A stretch of DNA of 64,000 nt from NCBI GenBank assembly GCA_021513715.1, contig CP084167.1, forward strand, positions 1,130,571-1,194,570. Direction: 5' to 3'. The position numbers and the translations under genes are program-made. The notes under the pieces were generated by a model. It worked only from the letters and a program-made list of their open reading frames with translations, was not told the DNA's origin and did no database searches. Positions 47,988 to 58,436 of the stretch are shown here, one piece after another (positions within the stretch are counted from its first letter, which is position 1; each line of letters begins with the position of its first letter). This DNA comes from Candidatus Heimdallarchaeum endolithica. GTDB lineage: Archaea > Asgardarchaeota > Heimdallarchaeia > Heimdallarchaeales > Heimdallarchaeaceae.

Positions 47988-48894
47988 TCACCCTGTAGGG
48001 ATTTTTTTCTCCACACTCTTCACAGAATAAAGCATCAGGATCTAATTCCACTCCACATTTAATGCAAAACATTTTCTTTTTTACAGAACTTTCTTGTTGT
48101 TCTGCAATTACAGAAGAATTTTTTTCTTCTAAACTTTCCAAAACAAAATCATCTTGTTTTTTAGTTAATATTCTGTCTATAAGTTCAGGAGGAATATTAT
48201 CTAGGAGGAGAAATATTTTACGTAATTTCCAAAATCCTATCACGACAAATACTAAATAAGAGACCTCAACTATGCTTAATACAAAAAACATAGTCTTAAA
48301 ATCTTGATTTAGAGTACCTAACAAATAATATATTTTGGGAGGAGAAAGAATAAAGAAAGTGATTGCATTTTCGCTTGTAGAACTTATAATATATTTATTT
48401 GGTGGAAAAATAACATTTAGTAGATTATAAATGAAAAATAGTACAAAACCTATTGAAAAAGACCAAGTAAGTTGGATGATATTTCGTTTATTTTTAACAT
48501 GTTGTTCAGTAATATCGTGAATTATTATACTACAGTAAATAAGAATAGAAGAATTAATAATATAAATAATTTGTAGAACTAGTACTATTTTATCTGAAAG
48601 AAAATTAAATTTGAAATCTATGTAAGATAATAAAATTAAACTTGAGGAAATGATACCATAAACAGCAAGAAAGAGCACTAAATGATTGATAGACCTTTTT
48701 TTTTCTTCCTTATTAAATAACAAAAAGCCTACACCAACCCAAATTATTGCTAATTGAGTAAAGAAACTGGGTAAAACATGAATAATTATTATTCTATATG
48801 AAACAAAAGCTTCAATAAAAGTTTGTAGGATTATCGTAGCTACATAAATTAAAGTAGACAAAGTAATATGCTTTCTTGCATTTAATGTAATCAT
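47971..48894 (-). CDS. Membrane protein with a C-terminal double zinc ribbon.
   Basis: Seven or eight TM segments. C-terminal MFCIKCGVELDPDALFCEECGEK. Confidence 0.5.
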   Translation of the reverse strand: MITLNARKHITLSTLIYVATIILQTFIEAFVSYRIIIIHVLPSFFTQLAIIWVGVGFLLFNKEEKKRSINHLVLFLAVYGIISSSLILLSYIDFKFNFLSDKIVLVLQIIYIINSSILIYCSIIIHDITEQHVKNKRNIIQLTWSFSIGFVLFFIYNLLNVIFPPNKYIISSTSENAITFFILSPPKIYYLLGTLNQDFKTMFFVLSIVEVSYLVFVVIGFWKLRKIFLLLDNIPPELIDRILTKKQDDFVLESLEEKNSSVIAEQQESSVKKKMFCIKCGVELDPDALFCEECGEKNPYRVNDVDE

Positions 48895-48976
48895 AAGACG
48901 AAAAAAAAATTATTGTTTTTAAACTTATATAAAAAGAAGAAAAGGAAGAAATAAAAAAGCTTGAGTTATTTTTGAT

Positions 48977-49519
48977 TTGATGAGATTATCTTCAACTCTA
49001 TCTCTTATCTCAATGGTAATAGGCTTTCTAAGTGTATTAACTCCAGCTTGTTTTTATTTAGGTTATGGTACAAGTCCTGACCAGATTTTAGCTATGTCAT
49101 GGATAGAGTTACATGAAAGCCCAGTTTTGTGGATATACTTGGCTGTAACTTTTATCGTTGGTGCTCATGACATAGAAATTCTACAAGGAATAGATTTTAT
49201 TCGAAAATCAAATATCAAAATTTTGCGTACAATTCTTTTAATAATTGGTGTGTTGATGGCTTTTTCATTAGAATTGTCAGTTAACGTATATTACTCTCAA
49301 GGGCCAACTTTCTGGAAGGAGAGTCTATTGTTTCAGATTCCAGATCATGAATTAATCAAAGAATTTGCATCAATTGGCTATTTTTTAATCAGGATTTGCA
49401 GGTTAATTCTAACAACAGCTGTAATCTTAGCTATATTTGACAGTTATACACCCTCTTATTATCGTAAACTTGCTCTTGATGCAAGAGAGGAATATACTAA
49501 AAGATATTTTGAGAATTAA
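48977..49519 (+). CDS. Membrane protein.
   Basis: Four hydrophobic segments. Confidence 0.4.
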   Translation: MMRLSSTLSLISMVIGFLSVLTPACFYLGYGTSPDQILAMSWIELHESPVLWIYLAVTFIVGAHDIEILQGIDFIRKSNIKILRTILLIIGVLMAFSLELSVNVYYSQGPTFWKESLLFQIPDHELIKEFASIGYFLIRICRLILTTAVILAIFDSYTPSYYRKLALDAREEYTKRYFEN

Positions 49520-49617
49520 TAGAAGATTATCAAAATACAATTTGTTTTTTCTATTGAACGCTCATCTAAATTATTGAGAAGAAATTTAAACTAAAAAAAA
49601 TAAATGTACATATCACT

Positions 49618-50685
49618 ATGACTCCTTCGAAATTCTACTTATCAATGTCCATTCTTGTTCTAGATGATCTAGGAATTGAATTACGCGTTTCTTCTGATAC
49701 AAAAATTAGACAGGAAGATATTGTTCTTATAGCTAACTTTTATTCTCCAATAATTGAAGCATCAAAATCAGAAATAGGTGTATTTGGCCCTCTACCTGTT
49801 CCTAAATATCAAGAGAAATATAACTTACTTGTTGCTTTGTTTGAGCACAATGATTCTAAAATAAAAAACAAACGTGCTCTTTCTAAAAATGGTCTAGCTA
49901 GATGTTTAGGACTAATAATTTATGAGAAAAAATATACAGAGAAAATCAATCTTGCTCATAGTTCTATTTTTGTAACAATTCAGAACTTTTTGAAAACTGT
50001 AGATGATCTTTCTTCTTTAACTGAAAATCAAGTTATTGAATTAAGTAATGACATTGTAAATACTATTCGTGAAAAAGAGAAAAATGTTAAATTAAAAAAT
50101 ATTGATGAATATATCTCTGAGTTATCTAATCGCATAAATATGTTAGAGATGCTTGCAACAACTCTACAAAAAAGATTCAAAATAGGATTCTTCACTGATG
50201 ATGATTTTGCCTATAAGTTGATTATTTCCGCTATTTTTGCCATTCAAAATATCGATTTGGTTTTATCTTATTCAATATCAGAATGGATAATTCAAATTCA
50301 AACATGTAACGGAGAATATTACATTTCAAGACTCTATGATTTGGAAACTTTAGCAGAAATTTCAGAAATAAAAAATCTAAATTATGTAATATATCAAGGA
50401 AAATGTAATCTTGATAAAAGTCAAATTAGAAGACATTTTAGGAATATTGATAAAATAACAAAACAGAATCAAGATACTCAAGTAATTTTTACAACATCAA
50501 ATGAGGCCTCTACTATTCCCATTGATGTAAAAAAAATTCTACTTGAGGAAGAAAAACAGAGAGAAAATGTTCTTCTTCTTGTTACAATAGGTGATATTTA
50601 TAGATCCTTGGAGAACACATTATTCAAAATTGTTAATGACTTATTGGAAAAAAGAGAAATACAGATTCAAGAGACTTACGACTAA
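49618..50685 (+). CDS. Hypothetical cytoplasmic protein whose N-terminus is possibly Roadblock-like.
   Basis: YLSMSILVLDDLGIELRVSSD at the N-terminus. The rest is helical. Confidence 0.35.
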   Translation: MTPSKFYLSMSILVLDDLGIELRVSSDTKIRQEDIVLIANFYSPIIEASKSEIGVFGPLPVPKYQEKYNLLVALFEHNDSKIKNKRALSKNGLARCLGLIIYEKKYTEKINLAHSSIFVTIQNFLKTVDDLSSLTENQVIELSNDIVNTIREKEKNVKLKNIDEYISELSNRINMLEMLATTLQKRFKIGFFTDDDFAYKLIISAIFAIQNIDLVLSYSISEWIIQIQTCNGEYYISRLYDLETLAEISEIKNLNYVIYQGKCNLDKSQIRRHFRNIDKITKQNQDTQVIFTTSNEASTIPIDVKKILLEEEKQRENVLLLVTIGDIYRSLENTLFKIVNDLLEKREIQIQETYD

Positions 50686-50703
50686 TCACAATCCAAATTG
50701 ATG

Positions 50704-51231
50704 TCATAGTACAGTAAGGATTTTACTGGTTTGAATAAGATCCTTTACACATCTTACAAGCTGAGGTGTATCTGGAACTAATGAAAAAGAAACAGAAAGA
50801 TCAATTTTATTTTTAATTATCTCTATCAATGTTGTTACCTTCTCTGAAATCCTAAAAGTCTCTCTTTCAGAAAGGTTGTCTTGTACAATGTCTATAATGC
50901 TAATGAAAATATCTTTTTCTAATGCTTGATTTAACTTGTCAAATAATTTTTCAGCTTTATTAAAGTGATCAAGGTTCATCCCTTCCAGAACAATAAGCAA
51001 GCCATGGCATAGGTTAAACAAGTGATTTTGAAAGAAATCACTCTCATATTCTAATATCAAGAATTGTGTTTTAAATTCCTCATTCTCTATTGTTAAATCA
51101 CAATTAACTGGGTGATACCCGCCCACAAATTCAATTTTTTCAGGAACAGGCGCAAAAGGTGATAATATTTTTCTTATTAAGTTGTTTTCTCCATATACTA
51201 GAATTTTAATCCTTTTGGCAAAGTGTTCCAT
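50704..51231 (-). CDS. Hypothetical protein with a Ras/Arf-like strand-loop pattern but no P-loop.
   Basis: RIKILVYGENNLIRKI ... FLILEYESDFF ... GLLIVLEGMNLDHFNKAEKLF. The Walker A GxxxxGK[ST] and the DxxG motif are both absent. Confidence 0.3.
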   Translation of the reverse strand: MEHFAKRIKILVYGENNLIRKILSPFAPVPEKIEFVGGYHPVNCDLTIENEEFKTQFLILEYESDFFQNHLFNLCHGLLIVLEGMNLDHFNKAEKLFDKLNQALEKDIFISIIDIVQDNLSERETFRISEKVTTLIEIIKNKIDLSVSFSLVPDTPQLVRCVKDLIQTSKILTVL

Positions 51232-51301
51232 AAATTTATCTTCATTTTTTCATTTTAAAAACTTTACCGACATATAAAAGCGTTAAGAAAATATTTTTAA
51301 C

Positions 51302-52249
51302 GTGAGTAAAAAATGCTACTCAAGAAGGGTTAGAACAATGATTGAGCTTCTTGGATTAAGCATTTTAGTTATTTTGGGATTATTCGGTTTAGGTCTCCTT
51401 ATAGGAGCGATTTCTCCAACTTTTGGGATAGGAGGCGGATTACTTACTGTTCCTTTACTCATTTTACTTTACGACTTTTCAGGTGAAGTAGCTACAGCAA
51501 CTTCGTTAGGTGTGATTATTTTTACTTCTTTAAGTGGAAGTTTAGCTTATATTCGTGAGAAAAGAATTGATTTCAAAATAGCTTTTGCTTTTATGATTTT
51601 TGCAATACCTGGTTCTGTCTCTGGAGCTTTAGTTAGTAGGTGGTTAAAGAGTCAGAACTATGAAATCGACTATTTTCAATATATTTTTGCAGGAACAATG
51701 ATTGTTATTGCTATTTATAAAATTGCGACAATATTCTTTCAAAGTAAAAACAAAACTTCAGAAAAGAATGTAGAAGAAAAAGTAGAAAACGAAAAAGAAG
51801 GATTGAAAAAAGTAAAATTAAGAGAAAAATTCACTGTAACCAGATCATTTGATGACAAGCGTGGATTACACTTTGAGTATAAAACAAAACTCTTTCCTGA
51901 AGTAATTATTGCTTTTGTTGGTGGTTTTATAGGTGCAATGCTTGGTTTAGGAGGAGGAGTAATTTATGTTCCAATTTTAACCATGGTTTTAGGAATTCCT
52001 GCAGGAATAGCTACAGCCACATCTACTTTTACAATTCTCTTTGCTAATCCCTTTGCAGTAGCTCTACGATGGTCTTCAATACAATGGAATTATGTTCTTT
52101 TCCTTTCAATTGGAACAATAATATCAGCAAATATTGTTCCCAAATTTTTGCACAAAATTAAATCAAAATGGATATTAACCGGTTTTTGGACAATAGCAAT
52201 CCTTGCAGCAATTAGGTTATTGCTAAAAGTTTCAGGAGTTAATATCTAA
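51302..52249 (+). CDS. TauE/SafE-family sulfite/anion exporter.
   Basis: Two 4-TM halves, each with a Gly-rich loop (GIGGGLLTVPLL and GLGGGVIYVPIL). Confidence 0.65.
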   Translation: MSKKCYSRRVRTMIELLGLSILVILGLFGLGLLIGAISPTFGIGGGLLTVPLLILLYDFSGEVATATSLGVIIFTSLSGSLAYIREKRIDFKIAFAFMIFAIPGSVSGALVSRWLKSQNYEIDYFQYIFAGTMIVIAIYKIATIFFQSKNKTSEKNVEEKVENEKEGLKKVKLREKFTVTRSFDDKRGLHFEYKTKLFPEVIIAFVGGFIGAMLGLGGGVIYVPILTMVLGIPAGIATATSTFTILFANPFAVALRWSSIQWNYVLFLSIGTIISANIVPKFLHKIKSKWILTGFWTIAILAAIRLLLKVSGVNI

Positions 52250-52329
52250 CTCTTTGAGTTTTTTTTAAAGATAGCGAATAAAATCATCTATCCTTACACA
52301 AAACCTATAAAATCAAATAGAATTTTTAA

Positions 52330-53187
52330 TTGATTAAAATGGTTGAATTTATTAAAATCACTCCATCTGTTTATGCCCATGTTATGGGAGAAACAAGAGG
52401 AAACGTTGCATTCATTAATTTAAGAACATCAATCGCTTTTATTGATTCTGGGATATATCCAACTGTGGCAAAAGAGGCTAGAAAGGTTGCAGAAGAAACC
52501 ACAGGGTTAAAAACCAAATATTTAATCATTACTCATTATCATAGTGACCATATTCTTGGAAATCAAGTCTTTGAAGATTGCAAGATTATATCTTCTAAAG
52601 ACACATATAATTTAATCAAAAAAGATGCTGAAGAACGTTTTTCAGAAGATAATATTAAAAAATATATTAAAGAGAATCCTGAACTCAGAGATAAATGGAA
52701 GGGTTTACGTATTGTTCTCCCCAATGAGACTTTTGAAGAAAAGTATATCTTAAAAGAAGGAGAAAAAACACTTGAGATAGTTCAAGTGGGAGGACATACT
52801 AAAGGTAGCTCTTATGTTTATTTTAAAGAAGAAGAAGTGGTTATTGTTAGTGATTTGCTTTTTTCAGAAACATTTCCTTATGCTGGAGATGAAACTTCAG
52901 ACATTCAGCAGTGGATAAAAGCTTTACAGATTATAAAGAAATTACAGCCTAACATTGTAGTTCCTGGTCATGGACCTATCACCTCTGTAAAAGAAATAGA
53001 TACATACATTCATTATTTCGAGGAGTTTGCAGAGAAAATAGAGAAATACGTTAAAGAGGATAAACCATTAGAAGATATTAACATTGAAAAAGACTTGCCT
53101 TCTTTTCCCTATCACGTTGATGAAACAAGGATAAAAATGATGGTTGAACATGTTTATCATACAATAAAAGGAAAAATGGATAAATAA
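52330..53187 (+). CDS. Metallo-beta-lactamase-fold hydrolase.
   Basis: ITHYHSDHILG carries the HxHxDH motif. Confidence 0.7.
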   Translation: MIKMVEFIKITPSVYAHVMGETRGNVAFINLRTSIAFIDSGIYPTVAKEARKVAEETTGLKTKYLIITHYHSDHILGNQVFEDCKIISSKDTYNLIKKDAEERFSEDNIKKYIKENPELRDKWKGLRIVLPNETFEEKYILKEGEKTLEIVQVGGHTKGSSYVYFKEEEVVIVSDLLFSETFPYAGDETSDIQQWIKALQIIKKLQPNIVVPGHGPITSVKEIDTYIHYFEEFAEKIEKYVKEDKPLEDINIEKDLPSFPYHVDETRIKMMVEHVYHTIKGKMDK

Positions 53188-53361
53188 TTATGAATTTATA
53201 ATAATTCTCTAACTACATTCATAGAATCTATAGACTCTTGTAAACTTAATTCATATACAATGGGTCATTTAAACTTCTTTCTAATCAGAAATTCTATGAA
53301 ACTTTTTACTGGTAAGTCTAGGGAACCTAAAGTTTTATGTTCTAACCCTGGAAATCTGCCA

Positions 53362-53703
53362 TCATGTAAAAACAGCAATTTGACTATTTAATGGAATGAA
53401 CAAATGGGGGATGAATAACATTACAAATGAAAGAACTAAAGCTGGCGCGCCAGTCCAGATAAAAAATTTCCTTTTTCCTAACTTCATATTTGAAGGGAGA
53501 ATATCAGAAATGTAACCAAAAAGAAAACCAGAAAAAGCGATAACTATTTTCCCTACAGCATTTCCAATAGAATTCCAAGTTTGATTCAGAGCAAAGTGAT
53601 TGTTATATATCCAAACTGTTGCCAAAGAACTCATATTCATAAAAATAGATGTTCCAAATCTACAAGCACCATATGAAACTTTTTGCTTTTTTGTAAGGTA
53701 CAT
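53362..53703 (-). pseudogene. Truncated N-terminal fragment of a GPH/MFS-type cation symporter.
   Basis: FGYISDILPSNMKLGKRKFFIWTGAPALV matches the GPH D..t..GkRrP motif. Only 113 aa are present, against about 450 expected. Confidence 0.45.
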
Positions 53704-53836
53704 GTTCTCTTAATCCAGTCTTCACAACATTTGCTATGTTTATTGACTGGTTGGGGAGAGTCTTGAAGAAATTACGTAAAATTTCAACTCATGGACAATA
53801 AGTAACTATTAAGGTTAAAAAAGTTAACGGGAAAAT

Positions 53837-54571
53837 TTAGCTATCAGCTTGAATTTGGGATTCAATCCATTGTTTGATAATTGAAAAAGCCTTATCTTTA
53901 CCATAATCTTCAGGAATTATGTGCCCTCCTTTATTAATAAATACGAGGTTTTTATTCTCATGGGGTATTTTACTATATATCTTCTTTGCATGTGATACTG
54001 GAACTGATGGGTCTCTCACAGAATGGAGAATCAGTGTAGGAACAGAAATCTTTGAAAGATTTTTTCTTGTTTCTTTCAATAACTCAATTAACCAGAAAAC
54101 ACTTTTTGTATAATATTTTTTGTAACATTTGTGGGTTTTCTTTACTTCTTCATCTTCAATCTCTTCATTGGTGTTATATTGAACTGGGATCAACTTTACC
54201 AAAAAAGGAAAAACTTTAACAAAGACTGCCCTGATGTCAGGAATATTATAAGGAGTAGACATTGCTATTATTCCTGTGATCGAAGGATTTTGAGATGCAA
54301 GATAAAGAGAAATTGCCCCGCCCATGCTTAAACCAGCAACAAAAACTTTGTCAACTTCTTTTTTTAGTTGAATTAGCTGTTCATTTGCGTAAGTAACTAT
54401 TTTCATCCAATTAAGATTAGCATGCTCTTTAGCTGTTGTCTCATGTCCAGGAAGAGTTATATTATTTACTAAATAACCTTCATTTTTCAGGAAGTTTTCT
54501 AGAGGTTGCATTTCGAAATGAGTACCAGTAAAACCATGTATTAACAAAAACCCTACTTTCTCTTGAGACAT
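53837..54571 (-). CDS. Alpha/beta-hydrolase that is esterase- or lipase-like.
   Basis: HGFTG oxyanion region. Nucleophile elbow GLSMGG. A C-terminal His in GGHIIPED. Confidence 0.7.
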   Translation of the reverse strand: MSQEKVGFLLIHGFTGTHFEMQPLENFLKNEGYLVNNITLPGHETTAKEHANLNWMKIVTYANEQLIQLKKEVDKVFVAGLSMGGAISLYLASQNPSITGIIAMSTPYNIPDIRAVFVKVFPFLVKLIPVQYNTNEEIEDEEVKKTHKCYKKYYTKSVFWLIELLKETRKNLSKISVPTLILHSVRDPSVPVSHAKKIYSKIPHENKNLVFINKGGHIIPEDYGKDKAFSIIKQWIESQIQADS

Positions 54572-54701
54572 AAGAAATTATTTTTATTGTTTCTTTTTAA
54601 TCTTTTTGTCAAAATAAGTAAAAACAACATCAAATTTTGACTAAGGATTAATGTATTTTCTCAAAAGAACAAACACAAAAACACAAAGCTAAAATAGAAA
54701 G

Positions 54702-55292
54702 ATGTTTAATAAAATCTGTATGACTAATGACCTTTGGTTCTGGATAATAATCGGAATAATTGCCACATTTCTAATAATCTGGCTATTCGTATCTATTTAT
54801 AGGGGAATAAAGCATGAAATGTTACAGATACTAGGTTATCTTTTACTCATGGCTAGTTTAACACTAACAATAGGTGATTATCCAGTACCTTCCTACTTTG
54901 AAATAATTGGAGGAATCCTAGGCTATATTGCTCTGATTATAGCTTTTTTCAGTGTCTTAATGGCAAATAGGAGATGGGTTATTCGAAGAGGAATAAAAAA
55001 TCTTAACAAATTCAAGAATTTAATGATATTTGCTTATGCAAGACATCCTCTTACTTTATCAATGATTATAGTAAGTTTAGCAGTGTTTATGATAAACAAT
55101 TCAGTGCTCTCTAACGTTCTTTGTGTGATGGCAGGAATGTGTTTCATTCTATCTTCTATTGAAAAAGACTTATTTTATGAACAACAATACGGTTATCCAT
55201 ATAAATTCTATTGTAGCAAAGTTCCTCGTTTTAATCTTATTTTAGGTTTTATTCGTTCTTTCAAAACAGAAAAAGAAGAAAGTAGAAGTTAA
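54702..55292 (+). CDS. Membrane protein that is possibly ICMT/PEMT-like methyltransferase fold.
   Basis: Five TM segments. The sequence YARHPLTLSMII contains the RHP motif. Confidence 0.3.
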   Translation: MFNKICMTNDLWFWIIIGIIATFLIIWLFVSIYRGIKHEMLQILGYLLLMASLTLTIGDYPVPSYFEIIGGILGYIALIIAFFSVLMANRRWVIRRGIKNLNKFKNLMIFAYARHPLTLSMIIVSLAVFMINNSVLSNVLCVMAGMCFILSSIEKDLFYEQQYGYPYKFYCSKVPRFNLILGFIRSFKTEKEESRS

Positions 55293-55299
55293 ATAATTT

Positions 55300-56589
55300 T
55301 TATTCTTCTAAAGTGTCTACAGATGGGATTAGGAATATCCAGAGACCTGCAATCAATGCAAATATTCCACCTAAAATAATTGCTCCACTAAATCCAAAAC
55401 TAGATTTTAGCATTAATGTTACAATTATAGGAGCAAAAAATGTTCCTAGTCTTCCAGTATTAAAACTCACAGATGTTCCTGTTGCTCTAACTTTTTGAGG
55501 AAAGATTTTAGCAAATAAAGGTCCAAAACCAGAGAATATTCCTGTTCCTAAACCTATAACTATAAAAGACAAAATAAGTATTCCTTTATTTGTTCCAGCA
55601 AAAGCAAATATTACTGCTCCAGTAGCAAGAATTAAAGTATAACTGAAAAAGGTGAGCTTAGGCTTTTTAGTAGCATCTGCAATAAAACCAAAAGAAAGAT
55701 AACCAATAAAAGCACCTAATTGAGCTAAAAGAGTGATTTTTCCAACCCAAGAAGCATCATCAAGAATAGATTTAAGATACTTTGGAGCCCAAGAAAAAAT
55801 AACCCAATAAGCCATTAAAGCAAAGAAAGACAAAATTATTCCTAAAAGAAGCGAAAGTTTGACTTTCTTTAGATCCTTAAATTGGTGATTAAGAGTCATA
55901 CGAATATAAGCTGCTCCTCTGGGTATCGTTCTTTCTTTCTCATTATCTTCAACTATTTTCATTTCACCAGTAGCTTCTGCTTTAAAAATTAAGAACTTGG
56001 GTGATTCAGGAAGAAAGAAAATCATTAAGATAGCAAAAAACAATGAAATAGCTCCAGAACCACCATAAGACCATCTCCAACCGATAACAGGTGTAAGGAA
56101 AGAACCTACAACTGCAGCCAAAGCTGCGCCTAAAGGAGCTCCTGTTTGAATAAACGCACTAGCAGATCCTCTATATTTCTTTGGTATAGTCTCGTTTACT
56201 AGTGTGTGCCCAGCTGCCCATTCTCCTCCAATACCAAATCCAGTGATTAATTGAAATAATATCAATGCTGTAAAAGATTTGGCGAAGGAACATAATACAA
56301 CCCCCAAAGAAAAGATCATTATTGAAGCAACTATCATTGTTTTTCTACCAAAAATGTCACTCAAATAACCTAATATTATTCCCCCTAAAGCAGTCACTGA
56401 AAGAGAAGCAGAATAAATTAAAGCTAATTGATGGTCAGTCAGTGTTATTTCATTAGGAATATACAACATCAAAAAGCTGTATAATATTAGGTTGTAAAAA
56501 TCAAACAACCAACCTATCCATGAAAATGATATAACTTTAGCATAATTCCAATTAATATTTTTCAAATTCATCTGGCTCAGATGAAGCAA
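55300..56589 (-). CDS. MFS transporter.
   Basis: Twelve TM segments. GYLSDIFGRKTMIV motif A. Confidence 0.7.
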   Translation of the reverse strand: MLHLSQMNLKNINWNYAKVISFSWIGWLFDFYNLILYSFLMLYIPNEITLTDHQLALIYSASLSVTALGGIILGYLSDIFGRKTMIVASIMIFSLGVVLCSFAKSFTALILFQLITGFGIGGEWAAGHTLVNETIPKKYRGSASAFIQTGAPLGAALAAVVGSFLTPVIGWRWSYGGSGAISLFFAILMIFFLPESPKFLIFKAEATGEMKIVEDNEKERTIPRGAAYIRMTLNHQFKDLKKVKLSLLLGIILSFFALMAYWVIFSWAPKYLKSILDDASWVGKITLLAQLGAFIGYLSFGFIADATKKPKLTFFSYTLILATGAVIFAFAGTNKGILILSFIVIGLGTGIFSGFGPLFAKIFPQKVRATGTSVSFNTGRLGTFFAPIIVTLMLKSSFGFSGAIILGGIFALIAGLWIFLIPSVDTLEE

Positions 56590-56637
56590 TCTAAAAGTGC
56601 TTTTAAAATTGACTAAATGAGCCTAATTATTATTGTT

Positions 56638-57072
56638 CTATTTTAATTTTTCAACCATAATAGCAGGACATATATTGAAAATTCCTGGCAGTTTACTTAA
56701 TTTTTGCTCAAATTCATTTAACTCTTCTAGATCATGAAACCAAGCTTCTATCATAACCATATGATCACCGGTGGAAGTTGTTAAACTAATAACTTCAGGC
56801 AAGTTTTTTAACTCTAAAAGCGTTGAAGTATAGTACTCTTCTTTGATATCAAAACCAATCATTGCTTCAATCTTAAAACCGATTTTTCTTGGATCAACAT
56901 CAATAGTAAACTTTCTAATAACACCTTTATTTATTAATTTTTTTACCCTTTTTCTTACTGTTGCTTCTGTCACAGAAAATTTTTCAGCTATTTTATTATA
57001 AGAAATCCTACTATTTTTCTTTAATTCTTCTATTATTGCAATATCTGTAATTTTATTTCTTTGAGCTTCCAT
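56638..57072 (-). CDS. Lrp/AsnC-family transcriptional regulator.
   Basis: ITDIAIIEELKKNSRISYNKIAEKFSVTEATVRKRVKKLINKGVI followed by a RAM domain. Confidence 0.75.
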   Translation of the reverse strand: MEAQRNKITDIAIIEELKKNSRISYNKIAEKFSVTEATVRKRVKKLINKGVIRKFTIDVDPRKIGFKIEAMIGFDIKEEYYTSTLLELKNLPEVISLTTSTGDHMVMIEAWFHDLEELNEFEQKLSKLPGIFNICPAIMVEKLK

Positions 57073-57183
57073 CTTTTCTACCTGCAGCTAAATATATCAA
57101 TAAAAAAAGTTCGAATTTCGAACCTTTTTATTTTGTAATTCGAAAAGATTTATATAAACTTTCGCATATATCGAATCAGAAAG

Positions 57184-57861
57184 GTGAATAAAATGGAAAA
57201 AGAATATGAAGAAACTGGAAAGATACCTTTAATAGGAACACAGTTCCCAAAAATGGTTGTGAATACCTCACAAGGGATGAAAAAATTACCTATGGACTAT
57301 AAAGGAAAATGGGTTGTGCTATTTAGTCATCCTGCAGACTTTACACCAGTATGTACTACAGAATTTGTTAGTTTTCAAAAACACTACGACCAATTCAAAA
57401 AATTAAATGTAGAACTTATTGGATTGAGTATGGATCAGGTTTTCAGTCATATAAAATGGATTGACTGGATAAAGGAACAACTAGATGTTGAGATTAAATT
57501 CCCAATAATTGCAGATCACGGAGAAGTAGCTCGTAAACTTGGAATGTTACATTACAAAGCAACAAATACTGTTAGAGCTGTATTTATCATTGATCCTAAA
57601 GGAACGATTCGAGCAATCTTATATTACCCAAGTGAACTTGGAAGAAATATGAAAGAGATACTAAGAATGATAAAAGGCTTAAAATTTGCAGAAGAGCATA
57701 ATGTAGCTATTCCTGCCAACTGGCCTGAAAATGAACTTATAGAAGATAAAGTAATTATCCCCCCTGCAGGAGATGTAGAAACAGCAAAAGACAGACTTGC
57801 TCATGCCAAAGCTGGAGAATATGAGTGCTTCGATTGGTGGTTCTGTTATAAAAAAGAATAA
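57184..57861 (+). CDS. Peroxiredoxin that is Prx6 or 1-Cys/2-Cys-like.
   Basis: Peroxidatic Cys motif FTPVCTTE. 225 aa. Confidence 0.8.
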   Translation: MNKMEKEYEETGKIPLIGTQFPKMVVNTSQGMKKLPMDYKGKWVVLFSHPADFTPVCTTEFVSFQKHYDQFKKLNVELIGLSMDQVFSHIKWIDWIKEQLDVEIKFPIIADHGEVARKLGMLHYKATNTVRAVFIIDPKGTIRAILYYPSELGRNMKEILRMIKGLKFAEEHNVAIPANWPENELIEDKVIIPPAGDVETAKDRLAHAKAGEYECFDWWFCYKKE

Positions 57862-57923
57862 TTTTTCTTTTTTCTTATTTTTTAAAGACAATTTTTAAAA
57901 AATGACTATTGAAAGAATAGTTA

Positions 57924-58436
57924 ATGAATGATGATAAACATATAGAATTCTTAACAACGAAGACTAATCCTGAAGTAAAAATCAGATTGATGACAATAAA
58001 AGCAAAGAATACTAAATACTCCAATCGTAATTTTTTTCTAATTATGGGGTGGTTAAGTGAAATTAGTTTATTTGAACCACTAGCTGAACAATTAGCAGAA
58101 TTTGGTAATGTCTTTATTTATGAACCCAGAGGGTACGGAAAATCAATCACTCCTCACAAAAAAGGTCTTTTTTCAATTGAAGAGTATAATGAAGAGATAT
58201 CTACAGTCTTACAACTTAAGGGGTTAAAAGATAAAGAATTTATTATTTTTGGTAGTTGCTCTGGTGGAGCAATGGCTTTCTGTTACTATTTAGACGGTAA
58301 AGGTCCTAAACCTTTTGCAATGGCAATTATCAGCCCTCAACCACATTACAAAACACCTTTTTGGTTACCTATCTTTGGTCATTTACCCAACTTTCTTATG
58401 AATTTTATTCAAAAATTAATTATTGTTTTTATGAAT
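57924..58436 (+). pseudogene. Alpha/beta-hydrolase N-terminal portion, interrupted by the IS insertion.
   Basis: Nucleophile elbow GSCSGG. The reading frame runs into the IS left inverted repeat. Confidence 0.6.

Noticed and set aside
50704-51231. Calling this ORF a small GTPase.
   Set aside because: It lacks Walker A (GxxxxGK[ST]) and DxxG. Only the strand pattern is Ras-like, so it is kept as a hypothetical with a note.
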